Shown: positions 24,388 to 38,690 of the stretch, in pieces | Numbering within the stretch: the stretch's first letter is position 1 | How the letters are laid out: every line of letters begins with the position of its first letter | Program-made: the position numbers and the translations under genes | The notes under the pieces: generated by a model | Seen by the model: the letters and a program-made list of their open reading frames with translations, nothing else | Told to the model about the DNA's origin: nothing | The model's database searches: none | Assembly (NCBI RefSeq): GCF_964194025.1 | Contig: NC_134474.1 | Coordinates: 40,548,001 to 40,612,000, forward strand | From: Convolutriloba macropyga | Taxonomy: Eukaryota | Length of the DNA stretch: 64,000 bases | Reading direction: 5' to 3'

Positions 24388-25371
24388 CACGTACTAAAAT
24401 AAGTTAAAAGATCCAGCATAAAAACAAAATGAGCACATTCAATAAAATGAAGACATTAAGTGGCGCCCGTGCGAATTATCTTTGTCAGAAGAACAATAGT
24501 TGTTTTCGGATTTTCTCGTTGTCCAGAATTTTTATCTCATGATTCTAACTCAGTCCATTGCGCAATGCCCAACATCTGTCGTGGAGAAGACATGTTTTGT
24601 GTTCAACTTGGGGATAGCAAAAGCGTTAACTAAAATTTCCATTGATTCTATTTTAACATATATCAAATATCAAAAAATTAGCAAAAATTGATGAAAACTG
24701 GTAAAATCATTCCAAAGGAAGCCCCACTCAAGTTACTATGTCTGAGAAACTAAATATCCCGAAGATTAGTGACAACAATTGAATTATCATGTCTTAAATG
24801 TTTCAGTTCATACCTTTCATCATGTGATCTGGAAACCATCAAGAGATCATCGTGAAATACAAGATGTCGTTCTTTGACTATGAGAAATGAAATGGGGCAT
24901 TCAATTTACTAGGGGCATGTTTAAACAGCGTACATTGTTTGCAACGAGTAAAAAGTTTAAAGTATAAAGCTAAACAAATTTACTTCAAAATTGAACATTG
25001 TCAATATTATTCCTTTCCCAAAAAGAAGTCGAAAACCCCTTGAGCTGTTTGCCATTTTCTATTACACCCGCTTTATCAAAAAAAATGTTGACGTAATATT
25101 CAAGGGGCAAAAAAATTGCTAAAAGTAGTTCGTTAAAAAGAAGTCACAGCGGCGTTTCAACGTATAGACCTATCCGGGTTGCGGGTAGTTATGTGGGGTG
25201 AGGGTAGGGGTACATAGGTGCCCAGGGGGTAGATTTTGCGGGAGTTGAGTGGGTGTAGGGGGTGAAGGTAACGGGGGTAGGTGGCGGTATTGTTCGCGGG
25301 GTAGGTCGGTTGGTCTGCAGTTGAGATAGGTAGGAGGGACTGTTATGGGATCGAAAACTCCCAAAATGACC

Positions 25372-25942
25372 TCAATTGTTACACAAACAAAGCATTTCTG
25401 TATTGACGTAACTGAATAGCTGTCAGTATGTATCAGATTCTAATATTTACTGAAGATTTCTCAGGCTCGTTTGAGTGAGAGGCTTAAGATGCCTAATTGA
25501 ACTTTTTATCGTTCTCAAACGAAGTTTGTAGCAAATATATTAGTTCCAAGGTCTTTCAACGACTCGAAAAGGAATATTGGTGTTAAACAGGTTTTCTTTT
25601 CAGCTGAAGCAATTTTGTTCATGGCTCTAATTTTGACTTCTTTCTCCTCGAACACGAAGTGAATGTTCGAGAAAGAAGTCAAAATTCAAATCATGAACAA
25701 ACTTGCTTCAGCTGGAAAAAACCTGTTTAAAACCAATACTCATTTTCGAGTCGTAGAAAGACCACAGAAATAATATCATTGCTACAAACTTTGCTAGAGA
25801 GCGATTAAGAAGTTCAATTAGGCAGATCAAGCCTCTCAATCAAGCAAGCCTGAGAAATCGTCAATGAATATTCAAAGAAGATACATGCAGCCAGTTAGTC
25901 AGTTACGTCAATATACCGAACTTATTTGTGTGTGTAACAATT
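25372..25942. repeat. ~570-bp imperfect palindrome (foldback/MITE-like)
   Basis: CAATTGTTACACA...TGACTTCTTTCTC..CGAACA, short loop at ~25658, TGTTCGAGAAAGAAGTCA...TGTGTAACAATTG. Confidence 0.85.
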
Positions 25943-26344
25943 GCTTCTAGATTAAAAACGGCTTTCAGAAGACCTTCAGGTCTTATCTGCAGATTTATAA
26001 GTTTTACAAAATTTATTTAACTCCAGCTCTTTTGCTTGAGAAATCTAGATCATGATTATAAGCTAAAAAGCATTATTAGAAAAGCATTATTTCAGAAAAA
26101 AATCTTTCAATAATTTAAAGAAGACACAATTGGCAAAAAACGTCGCCTATTTTTCTGTGAAGATCTTTACGTTCTCCTGAAGTTTTCACAATCGGTCCAT
26201 GAATATGGTTATGCATCGAACATAACTTGAACTTTTCATATTTTAACATTTTATAACTTTGTTGCTTACACTGCCACAAGTAAATCTTAGGTTCACTGCT
26301 TAATTATACTAAAATGGAAATTCAGTTTTTATTAAAGGCACGGG

Positions 26345-29300
26345 ATATTTTACTCATTTTCGAAAATTGCAGGTAGACAAAAGGTGAGCTACTTCTAAAA
26401 ATCGTCAACTGTCGAATTACAACATAAGGAAAAAAACCGACATATTATGTAATGGCCAAACATAAAAACCAAAAGAATGAAGCTTGTGCAAATTCCAAAA
26501 AAAAATCTGCTCGAAGACGAAAACTCTAAAACACCAAAATACACGACTGGCATTAACTCCGCATCAGCCTAAACTCGTTGAACACACATTATAGTCTCAA
26601 ATGATGAGAGATAGGAGGAACTGCAAAAAACCACATTGGCAGTTCTACAAATCTACGCCACAACTACTGAATTTAATCGCTGCCAACACGAAAAGCTTCA
26701 AAAATGTATTTATAATTTCTGCTGAAAACGTTATAATTTACACAGTTTCGAAAAAAGAAGTAACACAAGCATTCACTCAGAAATTTATTAAAAACTGGGG
26801 GTTAAATTCTAAGAACCGCCCTTCACACTAAGAATATATGTCACTCAAACAGATTCAGTGAATCGCACATTACCTGTTTATCCCGTTCCTGAGGACGAAA
26901 AGTCCAATGTCAGGCAAAAATAACAGACGAAAAGTCACAAAAGAAAACCAGCTTGTGTGAACAAAGCCATGTCACGGTCAACTCAAACCTAATTTTTATT
27001 CATTAATTCATGCGATTTTGACTGAATTGCGTGCGCGACGTCATTTAGTACTCTTAAAGGAGCGAGTTTTTATGTTCATTCCCTTGATTCAGTTTCTGGT
27101 CGGATGTGAAATAACTCACTCATAATGACCTTTTCAACCTTTAAATCGAGGAGATAAAGTCACCTGAGGGCTTGTCGCTCTAATTGAAGGCTATTTGAGG
27201 GCGGCTCATAGAAGCAGCAATAAGTTATTCAGATTCTTACTCAGATAATAGCACGAGAATTCTTTCTTCCGGTCTGTTTTAATATGTTAAAACTTCAGAT
27301 CTATTGCGGCTGCTTTATGACAATCTGCCTAATCTGTTTTTTTATTCAATTTGCATGATCAGTTCCACTCAAAACGAAGTTTATTAAATCATTTGGCTTT
27401 TTATTTTTTGCAAAGATATTGCCTCATGTTTGACTCCGATTTAAGTTTCAGATGACGTTAGTTTTTTGTGCTCTTTGAAATGATCATGCTGGTTGATTAC
27501 AAAAACAGAGCAGTCCGATTGCCATACAACAGCCACAATAGGTCAGAATTTTCAAAAAATAGCAGAACAGAACCAAAACAAATCTAGCTTTTTATTAAAT
27601 GGTGAGATGCTATATTCTGATGGTAGGGGGTACATAGGTGCCCGGGGGGTAGACTTTGTGGCGAGTTGAGTAGGTGTAGGGGTGAAGGTAACGGGGGTAG
27701 GTGGCGGGATTGTTCGGGGGTTGGTCGGTCGATCTGCAGTTAAGATAGGAAGGAGGGACTGACATGGGAACAAAAACTCTCAAAATGACCTCAATTGTTA
27801 CACAAACAAAGCATTTCTGTATTGACGTTACTGACTATCCGTCAGTGTGTATCAGATTTTAATATTTACTGAAGATTTCTCAGGCATGTTTGATTGAGAG
27901 GCTTGAGACGCCTAATTGAACTTTTTATCGTTCTCAAACAAAGTTTGTAGCAATTAAGTTAGTTCTAAGGTCTTTCTACGACTCGAAAAGTATTATTGGT
28001 GTTAAACAGGTTTTCTTTTCAGCTGAACCAATTTTGTTGATGGCTTGAATTTTGACTTTATTCTCCTCGAATATGACGTAAATGTTCAAGAAGAAGGACG
28101 TCAACATTCAAATCGAAGAAACTTGAAAAAGTCCTTATGAGTGAGGTAAGTCACATCCGACCAGAAACTGAATAAAGGGAATGAACATAAAAACTCGCTC
28201 CTTCAGACTACCAAATGACGTCGCGCACGCAATTCAGTCAAAATCGCATGAATGAATGAATGAACAAAAATCAGGTTTGAATTGACCGTGAAATGGCGTT
28301 GTTCACACAAGCTGGTTTTCTTTTGTAACTTTTCGTCTGTCATTTTTGCCCGACATTAGACTTTTCGTCCTCAGGAACGGGATAAACAGGTAATGTGCGA
28401 TTCACTGAATCTGTTGAAGTGATATATATTTATAGTGTGAAGGGCGGTTCTTAGAATTTAACCCCCAGATTTTATTAAGTTTCTGCGTCAATGCTTGTGT
28501 TACTTCCTTTTTCGAAGTTTTGTAAATTATAACGTTTTCAGCAGAAATTATAAATACATTTTTAAAGCTTTTCCTGTTGGTAGCGATTAAATTCAGTAGT
28601 TGTGGCGTAGATTTGTTGAATCGCCAATGTTTTTTGAGTGCTATCTTTCTCTCATCGTTTGAGATGAAAATGTGTTGAACGAGTTTGAGCTGATGCGGAG
28701 TTAATGCCAGTCGTGAATTTTGGTGTTGAGTTTTCGTCTCCCAGCAGAATTTTTTTTTTGGAATTTGCACAAGCTTCATTTTTTTTTTGGTTTCTAAGTT
28801 TGGCCATTACATAATATGTCGGTTTTTTCCTTATGTAATCATTCGACTTTTGATGATTTTTAAAAGTAGCTCACCTTTTGTCAACCTGCAATTTTTGAAA
28901 ATGAGTACAATACCCTCATAATAACCTTTTCAAGTTTGTTCATGATTCGAATGTTGACATTTTTCTTCTCGAACATTTACGAGGCTTGATCTGCCTAAAT
29001 GAACTTCTTAATCGCTCTCTAGCAAAGTTTGTAGCAATGATATTAGTTCTGTGCTCTTTCTACGACTCGAAAATGAGTATTGGTTTTAAACAGGTTCTTT
29101 CCATATGAAGCAAATTTGTTCATGATTTGAATTTTGACTTCTTTCTTCTCGAACCTTCACTTCGTGTTCGAGAAGAAAGAAGTCAAAACTCACGCCATTA
29201 ACAAAATTGATTCAGCTGAAAACAAAACCTGTTTAACACCAATAATCCTTTTCGAGCCGTAGAAAGACCTTAGAACTAATATAATTGCTACAAACTTCAT

Positions 29301-30300
29301 TTAAGAGCAATAAAAAGTTCAATTAGGCATCTCAAGCCTCTCAAATCAAACGAGCCTGAGAAATCTTCAGTAAATATTCAAATGGAACACATACTGACCT
29401 CTAGTCAGTTACGTCAATACAGAAATGCTTTGCTTGAGCAACAATTGGGGTATTTTGGGAGTTTTTGATACCATTTAAGTCCCTCCTACCTATCTCAACT
29501 GCAGACCAACCGACCTACCCCCCGATCAATACCGCCACTTAACCCCGAACAATACCGCCACCTACCCCCCGAACAATACCGCCATCTACCCCCGTACATT
29601 CAGCCCCTACACCTACTCAACTCGCCACAAAGTCTACCCCCTGGGCACCTATGTACCCCCTACCATCAGAATATAGCATCTCACCATTTAGTAAAAAGCT
29701 AGATTTGTTTTGGTTCTGTTCTACTATTTTTTGAAAATTCTGATCTATTGTGGCTGTTGTATGGCAATCGGACTGCTCTGTTTTTGTAATCAACCAGCAT
29801 GATCATTTCAAAGTGCATAAAAAACTAACGTCATCTGAAACTTAAATCGGAGTCAAACATGAGGCAATATCATTGCAAAAAATAAAAAGCCAAATGATTT
29901 AATAAACTTCGTTTTGAGTGGAACTGATCATGCAAATTGAATATAAAAACAGATTAGGCAGATTGTCATAAAACAGCCGCAATAGATCTGAAGTTTTAAC
30001 CGCATAATAAAACAGACCGAAAGAAAGAATTCCCGTGCTATTATCTGATTAAGAATCTGAATAACTTATTGCTGCTTCTATTAGTCGCTCTCAAATAACC
30101 TTCAATTAGAGTGGCAAGCCGTCAGGTGACTTTATCACCTCGAACTAAAATTTGAAAAGGTCATTATGAGTGAGGTAAGTCACATCCGAAAAGGAACTGA
30201 ATCAAGGGAATGAACATAAAAACTCGCTCCTTTAGAGTACAAAATGACGTCGCGCAGGCAATTCAGTAAAAATCGCATGAATGAACAAATATCAATTTCA
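26345..30300. repeat. Overlapping inverted duplications: ~26345-27127 vs ~28135-28910; ~27005-28075 vs ~29165-30290; ~28980-29450 inverts ~25372-25835
   Basis: Direct reverse-complement matches. ORFs 26601(+) and 28402(-) give near-identical translations on opposite strands. Confidence 0.85.
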
Positions 30301-31740
30301 AATGACCGTGACGTCGTCATACGGCTGTCATGATTCTTGACGATAAAAAAACGGCAAGAATTCCGGAAGCAACTCCACGCCCCAAACTTTCCTAAACCAA
30401 ACCGCAATAACAGCAAAAATCAATATTGTGCTAAAACATCTATTCTTTACCAGAGTTAACTAAACGATTTAGTAAAATCTTAAACCCATCTCATAACAAT
30501 AACGAATTTCAGCCTATGACAAGTTTGAAGGAAACGAAAAACAATCCGAACGTCATTCAGAAACCAAACCAAAAACCAGCTCAGATCTAAATCGAAAGTC
30601 TTTTAGAAATTATTCAACACTTTCAGTTATAAAAATAGTTCAAAAAACCTTATAATAGCAATTCCAAAACGTCTTAGACCTGCATAATTATCAACTGCAA
30701 TAAAAATTTTAAAAATTGATGAAAGGCTATTTTTTATTTACTAGAACTAAAAGAAGCTATAGGTTTGAAGACAACCCAATATATATAGTTGCGATAAAAA
30801 CATGCTTAATGTTAGAATTGGGAGGTTACGCAATTATTAAAATTATTAAAAATAGTAGGTATCTCCATCCTTTTGACAGTTGAAAACATTGACAAAATTG
30901 TAAAAAAAAATCGAATAGTGCATTGCATTAATTACCAATGGAGATTCAGTAAAAATGACATAGCAATCCTCGTTTCAATTGAAGAGCGCAAACAGAACTG
31001 AAAGACTCTAATTCGTGAAATATTTTGAAATTAAAAATATTGGTAAAACCACAAAAAAATTCAAAACATTGCAGCAAAATTTGCCAAAAACTTATTAGTC
31101 TTAGTACAGTATTAGAAAACAAATCATCTAAAGTCAAAAACAGAGGCAATCAAAGCATGGGTTGTCAAAGGGATTTTACCAAGTGCACTAATTACAATAA
31201 GTCCGGCAAAAATTCAAGAAATTTTGGAATTTTTTCCCAGAAAAATGAACGAATTGTAATTGTCCACTTGAAACGCAACACTTGAAGTCAAAAGCAGAGT
31301 TTTACACATTGATGCAGCGTCACTCAAAAAATAATTATACAAAAACCAAACTGCACGCAAATATATGAGCCAGATGGACTAAAAAACGACTGGAAATGAT
31401 TATCTATATGGGCCATTCTCCCAATATTCAAAGTCGAAAATTATTCACGCAACGCAACTTATGAATAAAATACGTCTCTTACTCACAAATATTTACGGCC
31501 ACATTACTCACTTCCACTATTAGGTCAAAACGCCTTAACGAGTACTTCAGGAAAAAACCTCAAGAAAACCAATACTGCTCTTCGAGTCGTAAAAAAACAA
31601 CAGAAAGCCAATAATACCCCCATCTATCGCTTTGCGGCTATTGAAAATAGAACAAACGATCTACGAAAACTCATTAGAATTAGCTTTGCGAAAGTACAAA
31701 CTCACAATCCTTTATGTTGCTTTTCTACCAATATTTTGAT

Positions 31741-31837
31741 TTCATAGCTTTAAAGTTGACGGAAAAGAGTCGACTTTTTCATAGCTTTAAAGTTGACGGA
31801 AAAGAGTAGACTTTTTCATAGCTTTAAAATTGACGGA
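31741..31837. repeat. 37-bp tandem repeat, ~2.6 copies
   Basis: TTCATAGCTTTAAA(G/A)TTGACGGA starts at 31741, 31778 and 31815. Confidence 0.9.
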
Positions 31838-32599
31838 CGCTCACATAATCACTTCCCGCATATGTTCTGTTTTGGATTTAAGCGTTGATTTCAAAAATTT
31901 AGCGTAATAAATTCTCAATTGATGTTTAAACAAGCAGCAAATAAAGCATGAAAAAGAATCAAATTTTAAGATCAGATGATTTGCTATGCATAGATTTGCT
32001 ATGTATCAGATGATTTGCTGTATAGAGTGTATTTGCTATGTATAGATGATTTGCAAAATCACCTCCTAGAAAATTGTCTTGTCAGCTTGCGTATTTTTCT
32101 GTTCAGAAGCGACAAATTAACTTGCATAAGTCACTGCTTTTCCTATCTATCATTTTATAATCAAAGCGCTACGGAAGTGAACTTTAACCAGACAAAAGAA
32201 GTGTGCTCATCTTACAGAGGCAGCTAACACTTTGAAATTACGTCTACCGCTGACAAAAAATTGTTAAGTTATTGATAAAGCTCATGTAAATTGATGCAAA
32301 CCCAACAAAAATGACAATCAAAGAGATCAATTTACGTGGCTTTTGAAACTTCTTTTCACAAATCAGTATTCGATTTGTTATTATTCAGTATTTTTGTTTT
32401 GCAGAGGACCAAACGCCTACGCATAGATCAAAATATGTGTAATTAATTGGCTAAAATAGGAACGAACGAGCAAGATTTACGACCCCTTTCTAAATTAAGC
32501 GCAGGCAAGAGATGGCCACAACTCCAATTAGTTCTCCTTCAAAAAGCCATAAAGCAGAGAGAACCTAGACATCTCTGGTGCCATAACTCACTTGACACA

Positions 32600-33900
32600 A
32601 CACACTGTCACGTAATATGGCTATATTTCAGCCCCAAATTAATTTATATCCGCACACACGACGTTTACATGCCATAAACTATCCACAATTTTCTTCTATT
32701 TGAGTTTTGCCCACTTTCCATCAACAAAATGGGAGACTACAGTAGGATTATTGAGAAAGTAATTCTCCTACTTTCAGTGAATCTTCTTTTAAACAGACTG
32801 TGCAACTCTTCCCAGATTTCACTGCGATCCTCTCCTTTTGATTCAATAACAACAGTGCCCCAAACAGAAGATTTTATAGATGTGCCCGCTCTCAGAAGGT
32901 AAGATACTCCTTTAACTAATGATCTAATTGATAATTACAAAGCCCCGGGACCGGGAGGGATATCATCATTCTTAATTAAATCGTGCAATTTGAGAATAGG
33001 TGTGCATTTGCGCAAATCAATCTTGCGTGAACCACAAACTTGAGTATATCAAGAATATGGTTGCCATTTTTAGGAACCTTTAGCTTTTAGCTCGATTTTA
33101 TAAACAATTTTTTTTATTAATTACCTTATACGGAATTTTTGACGATGCAAAATAACTGAAAAATTTGTTTACAGAATAAACCCAGTGAAACTGAATGTAG
33201 TGTACACCGAAAATGAATTTCTGAACCCTAGTGTACCTCAGGGAAGTTTTAGTTCATCGACTATTCTTCAAGTATACTTCAATACAACTGAAAAATTGAT
33301 CCAAATTGCAGATGGCACATGCTGTAATAACGAAAACAAAACACTACCGGCATAGCATGAACTGTTCTTACTTAAAGGGAAAAATTATTTGAAAAAAAGG
33401 TTGGTATTAAATATATATTCAATTTCAAGGATGTGTAACCTACTGGTTTATAGTTTCATTTTACTTTATTCAAAAAAAAGCGCAGTAACTTAAAACATAG
33501 CTGAGTCACTTAGTAAATTGAGTCAATCGAGTAAATTGCAGCAAAGCCAATAGAGTCTTGCAAAAGTGGTGCACGAGTAAGTGCATTAAGCATATAGCAT
33601 TAAAAATTTAGAAGGCATTCTAAACACATTGTGAGCTAACTAAAGAATAAAAATAGCTCAAGGTCCTTACCTCAGCTTTTCTTTTAATACACCAGCCTAG
33701 TTCAGTTCAATTTAGTTCAGCGGACGCAAAATAGCGATGGAAAAGGTGAACATTGATCCCAATTACGATTAAAACGAACGGCTCCAAGTCATACCTGGAG
33801 AAACAAAACTACTCAATTGTTGAGAACTACAATTGAAAGAAACAAGACCACTCCCTAAAGCCTGTGCATAGCACAGATTTGTTCTGAAACAACTCCTACG
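32600..33900 (+). mobile_element. Decayed LINE RT remnant; boundaries approximate
   Basis: KAPGPGGI (~32940), VPQGS (~33233) and IADGT (~33305, eroded FADD) occur in the correct order. Confidence 0.6.
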
Positions 33901-35335
33901 CTCAGCTCAGCAAGGAACAAAGTTTTGTTCAGGAAAAATTAAAACTTTTAAGCATGAATTTTTGTCTGATCGTTCAGATAAAAATTTCATATTGACCCTT
34001 ATTAGTTTAATCAACTGATGTCGTTTTCTTCAACAAGATATGGTGTCTAGATTTGGTATCTTCAAACTAGATATGGTATCTTCAAAAAACAGACGCAGCT
34101 ATTTGAAAACCAACCTTTCGAGCAGTTTGAACGCTGACGCAATACTACAATTATCTCAGTATCTTGGCATTTTGTTTTAGTTGTTTATTTTGCAAGTTTA
34201 AAATCCAAAAAAGTAGAACCTAAACCTCGTAGCTTTTTGAAAACTACATAGCAAAGTACTCTTGATGTCAAAACATATTATGGAGCAAAAAGAGAAACCA
34301 CCTTAGAAAGTAGATTAAGTTCGAATAAAATTGCACTTTTTAATAATAGATAAATTGCGCTTAAAGAGTCATAATTTTCACACATCTCTCCTCAAAAATG
34401 TTTATCAAATTTTACAATTTGTTTAACAGGTTCTGATTTCTAATGGTGACCCAAATTTTCTTCATTCGCTAAAACGCGAAAAACCACCCCGCCAAAGTTT
34501 TCTAGCAGGAAAAGATGGCAAAAAAAGTTCTTTCCAATTTGGACAAGATACCATAGTCTACACTTCAGTTAAACATTAAAGCCCGTAAAAATTAACAAAA
34601 ATTTCGGCTTTGTTAACTTCTTTTAGATAGTTAATAAAAGTTGAAATTCCAAACAATAATGCAGATAAAATACATAGCAAGAATATAAAATCAGAGGCTG
34701 CAGCTTCGAACTCGGAACTCATAACAGGGAAAAACTTTGAAGTCGCTATTATCAGAGCCACAAAACGAAGCTCCCTTGAATAATGCCACTGAGTGTAAAT
34801 CTGGAAAACTAATGGCAATGAACCTCGCAAAATTAAAGAGAAAACTAAATTCACAAAACACCTATGGACATTTTTAAACATTGTCCTTTTTGTAATCCAA
34901 TTTTGCAAACAACTTTTCCTTTTCTGCAATCTACTCATCTCTTGATGTTATTAATCGTGAATCCGTTTGCCTAAATTACTCGTCACTGCAACCGAATATT
35001 TTTATTTCTTTTTTTCTAATTACAAACTATCCTGAAACTTCAAATTAGAAATATTATTCGATCGAACAAAATAACTTTGAAAAAGATTTGAAACTCATTT
35101 TTTGAAAAAGCCTTGAAATTTCCTGATTATCCTTTCTGACATTTCCTCCTATCTTTATTTTAATTATCCTCATATCTGAGAAAAACCAACAGACGCAAGG
35201 ATCCAGTCCCACTCCAGCAAACACTTTCGCAGAGGAGACAACTTGACATGTATCTATCATAAATACAACTTGACATATATCTATCATCTATCATAAATGT
35301 GATCATGTACCTTAGTTAGGGTGATGAATCATTTT

Positions 35336-35336
<1 letters not shown>

Positions 35337-35389
<53 letters not shown>
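35337..35389. repeat. (GA)n microsatellite, ~26 units
   Basis: Seen directly. Confidence 0.97.
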
Positions 35390-35391
<2 letters not shown>

Positions 35392-38300
35392 AATTTATCC
35401 CGGCCCATAAATCAAATGTACAAAGAAGGATAATCAAAACACGACATAGATCACAATCAAACATCGAAAAATAAAAGCATTTGATATATCCAACAAACAA
35501 ATTGAAAATTTATTCAAGATTATGTTAGACTGGGAAAGGACGCGCAACGAGGTCCTTAGACCTTCTTTCCAGCGTGCCCTGTAATACAAACGTAAGAGTG
35601 GATAAACTTATTTTTTTTTCAATTTAATATTCTTGCCATTTTGTAAATGATTTCTTTTTTAGCAACCTTTTAACTGCTCGAACTTATTGCTCCACCAGAG
35701 CCCGAAGATAAGTACTTTAACTACATCGAATTGAAACTTGTTTACAGCAGAGAGCAACGTTGCAAGTTAAAAATTGTTGTGTTTTGTCAAATGTTCCTAT
35801 GAAGGAGGAAAAAGTGACGTGACAAAAACTGTCTTTAGAAATTGAAAAAAGTGATTTTTGACAGTAGAAATCGAGTCGCGGTGCCTTCTACGAAGGCATG
35901 GCACAACATTTTGGGTATAATTTTCAATTATTTTCAAAGAATTTCCAGAGTTGCAGGGATGTGACAAATTATCCAAAAAACACATTTCGAACGAGATCAT
36001 AATTCCCTTGTAATTGTAAAAAAAAATTATAAATAACAAAGCAACAGGTATATCGTGATCGCTTTATTTTATAGTTGGAAAATAATCTTTGTCAGCTCTG
36101 TATTGCCAAGAATATAATTGTCTTTTATTCTATGAACAAGGTTGTTGAATATATCTTTATTCATCATGCATAGTTGCGGTACGACATTATTTTGGCGAAG
36201 TATATTGAATAGCTTTGCGCCACGATATTTCAGCGAAACCCTTTGAAACTTATTTTTAGCAGCCGGCATAGCCATAACTCCAGTTGAAGATCTCCTGGTT
36301 AAATACGCATCTTGATTTTTAAAAGTGAAGATATTATTGAGATACGATTCTGAATGAAGTGATAGCACTGATCGAAGTACAAACTTTAAGAGCTCATAAA
36401 CGTACAGCTCAAGCACGGTAAGTACACCGTGTTTCAACAAAAGAGGAGATATGCTAACTTTAAACCGTTTGAAGAAAATTAGTCGGAAAATTTTCCTTTG
36501 TAATTTTTCGATATCGCAAAGATTTGAAAAACTTGTGCAGCCATATATCAAGACTCCATACTGAATAAGTGGCTTGACATTAGCCTCATAATAACGTATT
36601 AAAGTACTTCGTGGTACATAATGTCTCAACTTTGAAATGATACCACTGTGCTTCGTTAGTTTAACCACCACTGTATTAATATGATATCTGAACTGCAGCT
36701 TATAATCAATATATGATCCTAGATAGCGACAATTATCAATTTTAATAGTAGAATCATTTATGGATATACCAATGTTCGAGATAGAACTAGAGGCACCTGT
36801 AATCGAGAAATTTACTTGTGATGTTTTTTAAGGTTTAGTGTCAGCTTATTAACGCGTAACCATCGAGATAACGATTCCAAGTCATCTTTCAATTCCGAAA
36901 TTGAACATTCAAGGGCGCTCACGTTCGTATCGTCGGCAAATTGGTAAACGTCTGCTTTTTTACAAGCTTCCGAGAAGTCGTTCACGTATATGAGAAACAG
37001 GAGCGGTCCTAATACTGAACCTTGCGGGACGCCATAAATTAATTCACGCCAATCCGATGAAAAACCATTACAAACGGTACGTTGCGAGCGACCGGTTACA
37101 AAACTAAGAATCCAATTTCTAGCATTGCCACATACTCCGTAACGAGTCAATTTCTTCCCTAAGATGCCATGATCAATTGTGTCGAAAGCTTTCTTTAGGT
37201 CCAGAAAAACTGTACTGGTAACTGTTCTTGATTTCTAATTCTCTCGCAACCGCTCAGTGAGTTCTGCAATCGCATCAATCGTTGAATGCTTTTTCCTAAA
37301 TCCAAATTGTTTTGAATAGAGAAACTGGAAATGTTCTAGGTACTGATAGATGCGATTGTACATTATCCTTTCAAAAATTTTACTAAATACAATGAGCAAT
37401 GATATGGGTCGATAATTAATAATATCTGCTTTACTATCCCCTTTATACAGCGGAATTACTTGGGCTCGTTTTAGGTCTTCCGGAAAAATACCTGTCTTAA
37501 AAGAATTATTTATAAGCTGAATTAGAATTGGCGCTAAACTCTCGCTGCAGCTTTTCACAACAAGGTTGCATATATCATCTAAACCCGAAGAAGTTTTATT
37601 ATCGAGGTTGTCAATCGCCTCTCTGACTTCTAATGGCTTTGTTGGAAACAGCCATAAATAAAAAGACTGTTCATTCGCTTCCGAGCGATCGCCTATATCT
37701 GAATTCGTGCTATCGTCCTCCGAGTTAGTGGTGGTGTGATTCCTATTCAATTCTACAGCAATATTGCTGAAGTAATCATTCAAAATATTAGCAATTTCTG
37801 ATTTAGATTGCACTTTTCTCTTCAGTACTTAGCTTTATCTGTTCAATTTTAATCTGCTTTCTTTCTGATTTTCCTTGCAGTTCATTTAATAATTTATATG
37901 TTTGCTTAGGATCATTGATACAGCGTTCGAATCTTTTGCTATAATAATTTCTCTTAAGCTTCTTTAATGCTTTCTCAACTTTTAATCTCGCCCTTTAAAA
38001 TTCCTTAAATCTGATGATCGGCTAGTTCGTTTCCATTTCCGATGCAAATAATTCCTCGTATAAATTAGATTTTTCAAATAATTATTTACGTATTTAGGCT
38101 TGGAACATTGATTTGATTTAAATTCTTTATAGGGAGCAAATTTATCAATCAATTCAATGAAAATTTTATGGAAGGTGTTGAAATCCGATGGAATAGTTTG
38201 AAACTTTTTAGCGACTATCGATTGAGGTTCTTGAATTCTATATTTATCATTTAGATAAGATAAATCGCGTGCTCTTGATATCGTGTCATTCGTTTTTCTA

Positions 38301-38690
38301 AAATCATTATGATTTAAAGTTAGTAAAATTGGATAGTGATCGGTAATGTTTTGTTCAGTAAGAATATCGAGAACTAAATGATTGAAGCCCTTTGCTATAG
38401 CGTGATCTAAACAAGTATTTGAAATATTCCCAAATCGTGTTATTTGGCCATGTATAATCTCAAAACCATTTGACTCTATAGCTGATAAATACTTTGATGA
38501 TGCATTGTTTTTTTTCAAAGTATCAATATTCATATCACCCATTATTATTACTGGCATTAAAGATTGAAATGACTCAAGAACTTCATCAAGTCGCTCAATG
38601 AATTCCATTTTATTCGATCTTGGTGGGTTGGTTGTAAACAACAATAAGCACAAAATATAAGCCTGATATTCAAAAAAGAACAAAGCGCGA
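35337..38690 (-). mobile_element. 5'-truncated, frameshifted CR1/L2-group LINE (APE + RT) ending in a (TC)n tail
   Basis: APE motifs GDMNID, TCLDH, TDHYP; RT motifs NYRPISLL, QFGFRK, FLDLKKAFDTIDH, GVPQGSVLGPLLFLIYVND, FADD. The 3' UTR ends ATAAATTAAC(TC)n. Confidence 0.9.

Noticed and set aside
26886-26906. Hammerhead-like TGAGGACGAAA
   Set aside because: No upstream CTGANGA with a proper stem II, and no stems I/III.
26601-28779. Paralogous small ORFs at 26601(+) and 28402(-)
   Set aside because: By-product of the inverted duplication; their starts differ and there is no recognisable domain.
31741-31837. CRISPR-like 37-bp repeats
   Set aside because: Head-to-tail with no spacers, no cas genes, eukaryotic context.
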